A stretch of 49,215 nucleotides of DNA, from contig JAGQKG010000001.1 in assembly GCA_020430245.1 (NCBI GenBank), positions 1-49,215 on the forward strand. Reading direction: 5' to 3'. The notes under the pieces were generated by a model that was given only the letters and a program-made list of their open reading frames with translations, searched no databases and was not told where the DNA came from. This document shows positions 19,348-28,326 of the stretch, piece after piece. Made by a program: the position numbers and the translations under genes. Each line of letters begins with the position of its first letter. The first letter of the stretch is position 1. This DNA is from Nitrospira sp. GTDB lineage: Bacteria; Nitrospirota; Nitrospiria; Nitrospirales; UBA8639.

Positions 19348-19984
19348 GATATGACTGTTTTTACCGCTGGATGCTTCATCGGAACATTTGCCGGATCCTT
19401 TAATGCCCGAAAATGGGGCGTCCAATTTTTCAAGAATTCATGAAAACCGACAAATCTTAATCACAAAAAAACAAGAATCATTTAAAGAAAAAGATCCCGT
19501 GATTCATGACTCATTCTTATGATTGAACAGACGTAATGTTCAAATCACCTTCATTCTCATGAACCCACACCTGATTTGGTCAGTTGCCCTAAACCTGATT
19601 GTCGAGGAAATCACCTTCGCCTGAGTCCGTCCCCAAGAAATCAGCAATTCATAAACGCAATTTCTTTGTTCAAGAAGTTCACACGTGCATTACATTTCCA
19701 AATACGGACAGATCGGCTTCTCCACTCGCTTGAATCAAAATCAAGTTTGTATGCCCGATCAAAATTCTCTCAGAGATTGGGAGATCCCTACCAACGTATC
19801 GTTCTACCCAGGAGTCCCATCAAGTATTCAACCGATGGGGTCTCATAGTCTACCACATCATCGACAACATCGATGAATTTCAAGCGCCCCACGTTACTCG
19901 TCTCTACTTTCTATTAGGCAGGGTAGGCAGAACACGTTTCAAAACAAAAGGAACGACTACACTCAAATGGGTGAAGTTGAAATT

Positions 19985-20308
19985 TCACCATCCAAATAAT
20001 TGCGAGAAGACAAGATAAATCCATGCAGCACCAAAGATATATGTGATTTCTTTTTCACCGATGTGTTGATAGAACAGACGATATCCCAGAATCGGCACAA
20101 TGGCTAAGATCAGGGCAGAAAAAAAATGCCCGACCACATCGCCCAAAATGGCGCCAATCTCGGAATGCCCAGGTGTCGCAAGCAAAATGCTGCCTCCAAG
20201 CATTGCTGCCCACCACCATTTCACATTACCCATCACCATATCATGCCTTCCCGATTGGACTAATCTCAACAAAGAATCTCTCAAAATTATTTGACCGCAT
20301 GAAACCAT
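19985..20308 (-). CDS. Small hypothetical membrane protein (true start may be downstream)
   Basis: Three hydrophobic segments; co-oriented with its neighbours; no family recognised. Confidence 0.6.
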   Translation of the reverse strand: MVSCGQIILRDSLLRLVQSGRHDMVMGNVKWWWAAMLGGSILLATPGHSEIGAILGDVVGHFFSALILAIVPILGYRLFYQHIGEKEITYIFGAAWIYLVFSQLFGW

Positions 20309-20527
20309 TCTCCTAAAACAATACGCTACCCTTAGGAAGGAGCAAATTCCAGCATCAGGGTGGCTATTGAGACGAAGACCTGTGCCCTAAAACCACCATG
20401 CAAACTCCTGACAAATGAGATCCCGTGTATCTCCTCCTTCGCCCCCCTTACATTAGGAAATGACAATTTATATATACTTCTGTATTTTACTTAGGACACC
20501 GGGTTTAACTCTCTTTTTACACTTTGC

Positions 20528-22432
20528 CTAATGCTGGATTTCCCAGTTGATTGAAGCACTGCCCGGAAAGCCTATCGACATAATGGTGAGTCCATTCATC
20601 ATCCACACCGCCACCGAGCCCGTCTGTCTGTTACGCCAAATTATATCTGCGCTCCCATCTCCATTGACATCACTGATGCTAGCAATCTCCCACGCTTGAG
20701 GCACCACGCCAAAAAAACCTGGCGAACTAAGAGTCACCCCATTCATCAACCAAATGGCCACCTCTCCGTTACTGGTTTTACGCCAAACCAAATCCCCCAT
20801 TCCATCATCATTCACATCACCCACCCCTACAATCTGCCAATCCGTGGAGACCCCTCCAGTAAACCCGATTGACAGGACGGTGAGCCCTTGCATGAGCCAT
20901 ACTTCCACTGCGCCGGTAAGGTCATTCCGCCAAATCACATCAGCTTTTCCATCGGCATTCATATCTCCCATCCCAGCTATTTGCCACTCCAACGGCACGG
21001 CCCCCAAGTGGCCGGAAGAAGCAATCATGAAGCCGTTCATCAACCAAATCGTCACTTCCCCACTACTCGCGTTTCGCCAGACGAGGTCCGCCCTCCCATC
21101 GCCGTTGACGTCACCCACACTCCTGATTTGCCAATCAGTAGAGACACTACCCGGAAAACCCACCGACATGACAGTGAGACCATTCATTAACCACACCGCT
21201 ACCGTTCCCGTATCGCTGTGGCGCCAAATGACATCTGCTTTCCCATCCTCATTGACATCCCCGGTACCGGCAATCTGCCACTTCGACGACACCACTCCCA
21301 ATGAGCCGGAGGAAGCAATCGTAGGACCATTCATCAACCAAATCGCGAAAGCCCATGTACTAGTGTTGCGCCAGACGAGGTCTGCCTTCTCGTCGCCGTT
21401 GACATCATTCCGAGTAGGGAAACTCACGCCAACCTCAAACTCCCATCCTAAATCTTGTAACAGAGGTTGAGCTAACCCGAGATCATGAATAGCCTTGCCG
21501 GAAGCTATGCCAGGCTCCATAAGTTGATCAGGCTTAATCGTATTGGTGAAATGAGACACCGACGACCCCAATTGAACCGGGTTCGGAGCATACATCTGAA
21601 CATGAGTGTCTGTTCGTCCGGCCGTCAGTGTCCCAGATGCTCCTTGAAGATTGGCACCAACAAAATGAAGGTTCGGCCCAGCAACATTCGCAAATTGCCT
21701 TTGAGTATCGGTCATTAACGGATAATCGGCTGGACTGGCTCCATGAAGCTCCAACCAACGCATAAAATCGTCATTGCTTCCTAGGAATTTCTCGCCGGTC
21801 AGTACATCAACAAGTGACAAAAAACCAAGGCCATGAATAATTTCATGAAGTACCACGGTAACAAAATCAAATTGTCCCGCTGGAGGATGGGCATCTAGCC
21901 CAAAATACCAATTCGTAAAATTTGCACTGAAGGTGGCACTGATATCACTGGTAGTCAGATCCAGGTCCTGTTCTGCAAGTTTGTTTGCCAGAGATTGGAC
22001 ATACCAGGTATTCGGCACAGGAGCATTAGGGAAATTCCGGTGGACGGTATTAGGGCCGGCCGATCCCAGTATTCCTGCTCCTAAGGAATCAATTCGAGCA
22101 TCGACTCGAATGCCCACTGTGCTCACCAGTACCTGCGCTAAAATATTTGCTGCATATTCAAAGGCATTCAGTCTTGCCTGTCCTAGGGTGGTAGCCGTAT
22201 TTCCACCCACTGGGGTAAAAGGCGCAGGATCGTTGAACCCTTCACCAGGGCTATCTTTATTCACAATAATAATAGTGGCGCCATATGTCTCAACCAATGG
22301 GCCAAACCAGCCCAAAAATAAGACCACCAGAAATCCAACCACGCATAGGCTGAAAGGTATCGGCAACTGAGAAAGAGAGGAGCTTCTCAGAATGTCGGCA
22401 TTAGAATAATTCATGGCTTGAGAGGGTTTCAT
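20528..22432 (-). CDS. Secreted zinc metalloprotease (HExxH) with C-terminal FG-GAP/VCBS-like repeats
   Basis: N-terminal hydrophobic signal/anchor; GEGFNDP..PVGGN.ATTLGQARLNAF; HEIIHGLGF, GSSVSHF, DQLMEP; six D-x-N-x-D..D-(L/V/I)-(V/I)-WR repeats. Confidence 0.85.
   Translation of the reverse strand: MKPSQAMNYSNADILRSSSLSQLPIPFSLCVVGFLVVLFLGWFGPLVETYGATIIIVNKDSPGEGFNDPAPFTPVGGNTATTLGQARLNAFEYAANILAQVLVSTVGIRVDARIDSLGAGILGSAGPNTVHRNFPNAPVPNTWYVQSLANKLAEQDLDLTTSDISATFSANFTNWYFGLDAHPPAGQFDFVTVVLHEIIHGLGFLSLVDVLTGEKFLGSNDDFMRWLELHGASPADYPLMTDTQRQFANVAGPNLHFVGANLQGASGTLTAGRTDTHVQMYAPNPVQLGSSVSHFTNTIKPDQLMEPGIASGKAIHDLGLAQPLLQDLGWEFEVGVSFPTRNDVNGDEKADLVWRNTSTWAFAIWLMNGPTIASSGSLGVVSSKWQIAGTGDVNEDGKADVIWRHSDTGTVAVWLMNGLTVMSVGFPGSVSTDWQIRSVGDVNGDGRADLVWRNASSGEVTIWLMNGFMIASSGHLGAVPLEWQIAGMGDMNADGKADVIWRNDLTGAVEVWLMQGLTVLSIGFTGGVSTDWQIVGVGDVNDDGMGDLVWRKTSNGEVAIWLMNGVTLSSPGFFGVVPQAWEIASISDVNGDGSADIIWRNRQTGSVAVWMMNGLTIMSIGFPGSASINWEIQH
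20531..21406 (-). repeat. Six 49-aa (147-bp) FG-GAP-like repeats arranged as 3 x AB
   Basis: Odd repeats read DLVWR..IWLMNG..(I/L)(A/S)S.G. Even repeats read D(V/I)IWR..TG.V.VW.M.GLT(V/I)(M/L)S.GF.G. The last repeat is 47 aa. Confidence 0.85.
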
Positions 22433-22442
22433 CCAAGAATTT

Positions 22443-22820
22443 TCATGGTTTCAATGGCTGTAAGTCCTCAGGATCATGATGATGAATCGCATGGTCAGCT
22501 CCGTCTGGCACCTTCAGGATCGACTGAAACCGGCCCTCGACATTCACCATTGTTCCTCCTCCCGCATCCGGAACATCCCGTAACCCCTCCATACTCATGC
22601 GACTTTCGGGTATCGAACCCGATGGAAGAGGTTGTAGCGTTCCATCGGGCTCTTCAATCCGCATGGGCGCTTTACCAGCGCGACGGCTTTCGTGACGATG
22701 TTCAAGAGCCATCGCTTCCTCTACTTCTCCCTGCTTTTCAACAATGACCTCTGCTTGAAGAGCAAAAACACTGCTCAGGGTTATCAAAAATATGGTAACT
22801 ACCGGCATCAGGAATTTCAT
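22443..22820 (-). CDS. Small secreted protein resembling post-PEP-CTERM-1 domain proteins
   Basis: AAAGGAGG RBS before ATG at 22820; signal peptide MKFLMPVVTIFLITLSSVFALQA; GGGTMVNVEGRFQS..V.DG motif; His-rich tail. Stop codon is 10 nt before the protease ORF. Confidence 0.65.
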   Translation of the reverse strand: MKFLMPVVTIFLITLSSVFALQAEVIVEKQGEVEEAMALEHRHESRRAGKAPMRIEEPDGTLQPLPSGSIPESRMSMEGLRDVPDAGGGTMVNVEGRFQSILKVPDGADHAIHHHDPEDLQPLKP

Positions 22821-23013
22821 TCTATTTCCTCCTTTCAACAATTTCCTTAACACTCTCTGAGAGAAAATTCATAAGGAGATCTATCAAAAAATTCATTCTG
22901 TGATTGCAATCCAATCTAATATTCCCTTTCGGTCTTGCCAACTAAAGAAGAAAAACCATGGTGTTTCATTGAAAAAGTATGTCATATTTTCGGGACACGA
23001 GCTATAATTAAAT

Positions 23014-23485
23014 TTGTGGAATGCACTCTCCGAGCAAGAACAGGCAGAGGCCAAACCACAACTTCCGTCCATACGATACGCCGCGACACCAGAGGAGACA
23101 GTGGGTGCGCGAAAGTGCTATCAGACGACTTTTCCACCGGAATCCCAAGCAGTCTGAACGGTCGTGGAGAACTGGGAGCGCCTGATTCACTATCAACACT
23201 TTCCTGACGGGACCTGGAGGAGCTTGCCTTCCATATTGTGGATCCACCATCCTCGCTGGTAAGACTACGCACTAAGACCTCCCGCCGACTCAAACCCTCA
23301 GAATATGTGACCGGCTTAATCGGGAAGACGCTCTACCCTAGTGGAGAAGAAGTTTTTTCGACAATTGAATGCTCCATACCTTATTCAGAAGATTGCGGAA
23401 GGAGAGAACCACACGCATAGATTCAAAAACGCCCAGGGCCAGGGTCGCCGACTAATTCTTTTTCCACAGTGTTAGACAAGGGCTC
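23014..23485 (+). pseudogene. 3' remnant of an IS256-family transposase with the right end of the element
   Basis: Manual translation across stops and frameshifts: LWNALSEQEQAEAK..YAATPEE..AV*TVVENWERLIHYQHFP..W / IVDPPSSLVRLRTKTSRR..GLIGKTL / EKKFFRQLNAPYLI, matching IS256 C-termini. Followed by an IR-like end ...GTTAGACAAGGGCTC. Confidence 0.7.
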
Positions 23486-23724
23486 GAGTCTATTCTCCTC
23501 GGCAATTGCCGCCTCCGTCTTAATTTCTTAATTTGGTAATCTAAGAGCCAGCGAATATACCAGCACTGTTAAATCTGAACCTTAATCAGCCTTAGAATCA
23601 ATAAAAGCTCAAAGATAGCACAGTCACACAGTGGACTTAACAACGGGGAAAGATGGTCGTGGAGACCCTTATTGACGCCTTCGGTGAGTAACGAGTGTCA
23701 GTCGGAGAGAAGTGGATTAAAAAT

Positions 23725-24410
23725 GGGGCTGTCCTAGATAACTAAGCCATTGTTTTAACTGGGTGAGCTGCCATTGTGGATTCTGTGTATTAAACCGCCA
23801 TTCACACTCTTTGAGAAAGAAGTGGAAGTGCTGGCGCGGCACACCAGTGAATGTGCGTAAAGGCCGCTTTGCCTGGTTCCAGAAATCTCCAATGCCGTTA
23901 ATGTGTTTAGGCTCCTTTACAAACCCCTTCGAATGGTTGATTCGATAGTGTTTGCACTCTGCCACATCCAACACGTTATAGGATCTATAGGTGTCGGTGT
24001 AGTCAATGCGATCAGGGACAATGCGATCTTGCATGATGCCGAGAAGTGTTTTCGCTTTCGTGTCAGGGATGCCTTGCATGTACACACGCCCCCACGCTTC
24101 AGGATTCCAACGACGGGCACCTTTCCCGCTGCACCCCGGCCACGATTACCTTTTCTGCGCCCACCAAAAGAACTTTCATCCGCTTCGATGGCTCCAGGAA
24201 CAGACATTTCTTTAGCTAGAGAGATAATCATCCGTAGCCGCAGAACGTAATAGGCCGCCCTGTTTTTCTTGACCCCAACGAGGGCCGCGGCAGTGCGCGC
24301 CGAGGGCCCACAGACAAAGTACTCGATCAATCGTGCCTGTTTTCCAGGGCTTAACCGACTTTTTCGCAGCTGGCCATCCTAGAATAATGCCCATTGTCTA
24401 GGACAGCCCC
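23725..24410 (-). mobile_element. IS1595-family (IS1016-like) element, 686 bp, transposase frameshifted
   Basis: Perfect 14-bp terminal IRs GGGGCTGTCCTAGA; 8-bp direct repeat TTAAAAAT at 23717-23724 and 24411-24418. Protein: RKSRLS..IEADESSFGG..GRGAAGKVPVVGILKRGG / YTDTYRSY..RINHS..HINGI..FW..LKECEWRFN, split over two frames. Confidence 0.93.
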
Positions 24411-24450
24411 TTAAAAATTGAAGCGCAACATCGGAGAAACGAGCCAAAAC

Positions 24451-24726
24451 TTATCGTGAGGTCAACCGCCACCGCTTCCTCTTTTCATCCTCCTCAGCCC
24501 CTTCCACGAGTTCAATCAGACCTTCCTTATGGAGCAACCGCAACATCTCACCACAGGTGTGATCTAATTCGCCGGTGCCCATATTATGCAAGCCAGCCCG
24601 GCGGGCAACTTCTTCCTGAAAAATCCCACCTCCCCCTGGATCTGCATCCGGGTGCTCGCGAAGGACCTCAAGAACATGTTCCTTCAGGCTATTAATCAGC
24701 TCCGTGCCTCGTTGATGAAGGTTCAT
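24451..24726 (-). CDS. Small hypothetical protein, probable winged-helix fold
   Basis: AGAGGG before ATG at 24726; VLEVLREHP..GIFQEEVARRAGL..MLRLLHKEGLIE..KRWRL pattern. Confidence 0.65.
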   Translation of the reverse strand: MNLHQRGTELINSLKEHVLEVLREHPDADPGGGGIFQEEVARRAGLHNMGTGELDHTCGEMLRLLHKEGLIELVEGAEEDEKRKRWRLTSR

Positions 24727-24967
24727 AGCATTCCCTCTTAAATGATAATTCTTTGAAATATGGTCTTGGTCTTTTCGATTCGACACCAGACCGTCCTACT
24801 CCATTCTAGGTTGGTCGGCCCCTTTGCCATTTAATTTTCTCAGGATTACACAACCAATTCAATAAGGGGGACCGGCATTTTAGGCTAAAAAAGAATCTAA
24901 GCATTCCGTGCTAGGCATCAGATCTGACGAAGATTATGGGGGGTTATTTTTAGAATAAAGAAACGGA

Positions 24968-26020
24968 TTATTGAGTAGGGATTGTGTCGATTTCTTTTGT
25001 TTGGGGATGTAATGGAGCAAGTTTGGAATTCTTCAAACCAAGAGGTTGATCAAAAGCTATACGTTTCCTGTAAAAGCCTGGCTGTTCCGGCACCTCTTCA
25101 ACAACGAATAAGGACGTGTCGCAATTGTCGATCGCCAACAGATTTGTTGTGAATATGGGGTAAGAAGTCTTGAAAGAAACTTCTTTCAAACCTTCATACC
25201 TTGTGGCCGGTACAATACCCATCACATCTAATGTCTCAAAGTCCCCTAAATTGAATTTCACTGGGACTTCACTTTCGATAAGTTCCCCTGATGGAAATGA
25301 ATATATAATACACTCACCGCAAGAAACTCCACCAAATTCAAACTGGGATTGATGCATGAGCAGCATCACGCAAAGAACAATAGTTCCTCGCTGAGCCACG
25401 AGGTCATCCGCTTTAAATATCAAGTTGTTCTTGCTGAGGACGGCCAATAAGTCATTCATAAGATCATCATCAGTGAATGCAGCGTTGCAATATAAAGTAT
25501 CCAGAATATAATCAAACGCTAAACCTGAGTAATGTCTGATATTTGAACTTATTAGGACAGCACTTTTCGCTTGCTTGTTTTCCTTAAAGAGAATCTCAAA
25601 ATGGTTTTTGAGCTGTTTCGGTGTTAATTGGAACTTCTGCCAAAGCGACTCAGGCTTACACTCATCAATCTGTAGAATTATGAGCCGCTTTATGTAAAGG
25701 GGAAACCCTCTTAACCAGTCCGGCTTTCTTTTGGGCCATGCGAATTCAAGGAGGAATTTAAAGTGAAAATAGAATCTCTCAAGGGCTTGGTGGAGGATGC
25801 CACGATCTCTAATGTTGTTGTGGGCAACAAAATGCGCCACTTCTTGAAAAACACGGTGACCTGACGAATATTCGCGTAATTTCATGAACAAGGTTTCGAC
25901 ATCATTCTCGTCAAAGCATCCTGACAGAATTCGGTCGAGTGCCTTCTGGGCTTTCGCCTTCTCGCTTTCCTTCATGCCAACGCGTACTAATTTCATTTCT
26001 AGTAAAGAACCCCTCAGCAA
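24968..26020 (-). CDS. Hypothetical protein (orphan, AT-rich; likely start ATG 25975)
   Basis: 350-codon ORF, visibly more AT-rich than the core genes; no family recognised. Confidence 0.75.
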   Translation of the reverse strand: MLRGSLLEMKLVRVGMKESEKAKAQKALDRILSGCFDENDVETLFMKLREYSSGHRVFQEVAHFVAHNNIRDRGILHQALERFYFHFKFLLEFAWPKRKPDWLRGFPLYIKRLIILQIDECKPESLWQKFQLTPKQLKNHFEILFKENKQAKSAVLISSNIRHYSGLAFDYILDTLYCNAAFTDDDLMNDLLAVLSKNNLIFKADDLVAQRGTIVLCVMLLMHQSQFEFGGVSCGECIIYSFPSGELIESEVPVKFNLGDFETLDVMGIVPATRYEGLKEVSFKTSYPIFTTNLLAIDNCDTSLFVVEEVPEQPGFYRKRIAFDQPLGLKNSKLAPLHPQTKEIDTIPTQ

Positions 26021-26221
26021 GCTGGGGGGTATCCAGAAACAGTTTTTTATGAAGTGTTCAGCTGTACGACCGACCTTGGATCTTGAATTGTTGATACCTA
26101 GGGTCTATTCCCCCTTGGCAACTACCCCTTCCTCTCCAATTCGGTTTCATGCTCTTGAAACAGAACCTTCACATAAGCAGTGAGACTATTTCCCTGAAGC
26201 GCGGCGGCTACCTCTAACTTA

Positions 26222-26413
26222 CTGGCCACTGTCAGCCAATTGCAGGGACATAAATCCATCCTCATGTCCATGCGTTATGCACACCTTTCACCCGAACATC
26301 GCATGAGTGCGGGACGGTCATTTGACAAAAACATGACAATTCCGAGCTCGGGGACCCATCTACACCGTCAGAATGATGTGTCTGAAGTCCATGAACAATG
26401 TGGGAATATTTGA
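26222..26413 (+). pseudogene. C-terminal remnant of a tyrosine recombinase/integrase
   Basis: LATVSQLQGHKSILMSMRYAHLSPEH matches the box II motif LLGH..I.MT.RYAHL with the catalytic Tyr. No N-terminal part is present. It ends 18 nt from the tRNA 3' end. Confidence 0.8.
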
Positions 26414-26431
26414 GAGAAAAGAGGAATTTTT

Positions 26432-26505
26432 TGGCTGGGGGACCAGGGATCGAACCTGGGCAGCCAGATCCAGAATCTGGCGTCCTACCGCTAGACGATC
26501 CCCCA
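26432..26505 (-). tRNA. tRNA-Gln (CTG)
   Basis: TGGGGGA TC GTC TAGCGGTAG GAC G CCAGA TT CTG GA TCTGG CTGC CCAGG TTCGATC CCTGG TCCCCCA G CCA; full cloverleaf, U1-A72 pair, encoded CCA. Confidence 0.97.
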
Positions 26506-26515
26506 ACCTAGAGTG

Positions 26516-26544
26516 AGCTTAATTCACCTCTCAGAACCAGTCAA
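26516..26544 (-). promoter_or_regulatory. Sigma70-type promoter of tRNA-Gln
   Basis: TTGACT-17 bp-TAAGCT ending 10 nt before the tRNA. Confidence 0.6.
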
Positions 26545-26564
26545 GCGACGGCAGAAAGACCAAT

Positions 26565-27992
26565 TTACGAAGACTGACTTTTGGCAATCGCTCGTTCAAT
26601 ACCCGCTCGGATACGTTGCAGGGATCGCTCTTTTCCTAACAGCGCCATCACTTCGTATATGCCGGGGCTGACAGTCCGGCCGGTCAACGCCACACGTAAC
26701 GGTTGCGCCACCTTGCCCATTTTGAGCCCTTGACGCTCGATAAGGTCATGAAGAATGCGCTCAAGCGTCTCCTTGGAAAAATCCGCGTCAGCCTCCACCT
26801 GATCAGCAAAGGCCTGGAGACTTGGGACAATGGCCGGAGAAAGATGTTTCTTCGCCGCTTCCTCATCCATGGTCATGGGCTCAGCCAGATAGGGAACAGC
26901 ACCTTGAACAATATCCAAAAGGGTTTCCGAGCGTTCCCGCAACGGTGGGATCAAGGCCTCAGCTCCTCCTGGAATTCTGGCCAAGGAGGTATCGTCATAG
27001 CCTGCACTTTGCAAAAACGGCCTGAGAGCGTCGGCCACCTGCTTGGAATCGCCGTTCCTGATGTACTGCGCGTTGACCCAACGTAATTTTTCAGGATTAA
27101 AGACGGCTGCCGAGGCTTGGACCTGCTTGAAATCGAAAAAATCGACCATTTCTTGAATCGAGAAAATTTCCTGATCTCCATGAGACCATCCCAAACGGAC
27201 CAGATAGTTGATGAGCGCTTCCGACAGATACCCCATCTCTTTATAGGCCAACACCGATGTAGCTCCATGACGTTTGGACAGCCGCGTTTTATCTGCCCCC
27301 AGGATCATGGGCAGATGAGCAAATTGAGGAACCGGAAAGCCCAGGGCAGAAAAGAGCGGGACCTGTCGCGGGGTGTTGTTGACATGATCATCCCCGCGAA
27401 TGACGTGGGAAATGTTCATGAGTCCGTCATCGACGACCACGGAAAAATTATAGGTGGGATAGCCATTGGACCGGAGGATGATGAGGTCGTCCATGACCGT
27501 GTTATCAAACACAATCCGGCCTTTAATGAGATCATTGACGACTGTCTGCCCTTCCTGCGGGGTTAGAAAGCGAAGAGCCGCCGGTTCGACAGGGTCGGAT
27601 ATGCCTCGATGTCGGCACCGCCCATCATATTTGATGGATTCGCCCTTAGCCTGAGCCTCTTTTCGTCTCGTCTCTAATTCCTCAGGCGTACAGACGCACC
27701 AGTAGGCCAGCTTTCGATTCAAGAGATCCATCGCACGGTCACGATACAGCTCTAAGCGGTCGGTTTGGCGGAAAGGCCCCTCATCCCAATTCAACCCGGT
27801 CCATTTCAAGCCATCCAGAATGATCTGAATAGCATCATCCGTGGACCGGTCACGATCCGTGTCCTCAATACGGAGGATAAAGGTTCCACCCTCATGACGC
27901 GCAAATAACCAATTAAACAATGCTGTCCGCACCCCGCCAATATGGAGGAATCCAGTCGGACTTGGCGCAAAGCGAACTCGCACTTCACTCAT
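26565..27992 (-). CDS. gltX: Glutamate--tRNA ligase
   Basis: VRFAPSPTGFLHIGG (HIGH), LRIEDTD, IRGDDH, RLSKRHG (KMSKS equivalent). Confidence 0.97.
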   Translation of the reverse strand: MSEVRVRFAPSPTGFLHIGGVRTALFNWLFARHEGGTFILRIEDTDRDRSTDDAIQIILDGLKWTGLNWDEGPFRQTDRLELYRDRAMDLLNRKLAYWCVCTPEELETRRKEAQAKGESIKYDGRCRHRGISDPVEPAALRFLTPQEGQTVVNDLIKGRIVFDNTVMDDLIILRSNGYPTYNFSVVVDDGLMNISHVIRGDDHVNNTPRQVPLFSALGFPVPQFAHLPMILGADKTRLSKRHGATSVLAYKEMGYLSEALINYLVRLGWSHGDQEIFSIQEMVDFFDFKQVQASAAVFNPEKLRWVNAQYIRNGDSKQVADALRPFLQSAGYDDTSLARIPGGAEALIPPLRERSETLLDIVQGAVPYLAEPMTMDEEAAKKHLSPAIVPSLQAFADQVEADADFSKETLERILHDLIERQGLKMGKVAQPLRVALTGRTVSPGIYEVMALLGKERSLQRIRAGIERAIAKSQSS

Positions 27993-28256
27993 TTGCTTTC
28001 ACCGACCTTTCCCTGACACCCCACGCTCATGTTGAAAGATGCCATTCCGGATAGATGACATTGTCTTGCCATGAAACCATGATGCCCCTCCACGCTTCTT
28101 TACCTATGAAAATCAAAGACGGCCCATCCCGGGAAATCTTCATACCGCATGCGGGACGACCTCCTATAGAATATCTTTTATTCTCACTCCCCGGCCCGTT
28201 GCTTTACCATTGCTGCTCTACCGATGTAAAGAACCGAATTGACATATCCCATTCAC

Positions 28257-28285
28257 TTGCCTTTCCTGTTTCCGCCGCTTAAAAT
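28257..28285 (+). promoter_or_regulatory. Candidate sigma70 promoter of the SurA-N gene
   Basis: TTGCCT-17 bp-TAAAAT, about 40 nt before the ATG, which has a GAGGAGG RBS. Confidence 0.5.
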
Positions 28286-28326
28286 TTCCGCAAGGGCATC
28301 AAAGATATTCTGAGGAGGCAGGACGC

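Noticed and set aside
19195-19443. Overlapping 76-77 aa ORFs on both strands
   Set aside because: They overlap the riboswitch and leader and show no protein features.
20754-21470. 238-aa repetitive plus-strand ORF
   Set aside because: Antisense shadow of the FG-GAP repeats.
22935-23420. Several short ORFs on both strands
   Set aside because: Explained as fragments and shadows of the IS256 pseudogene.
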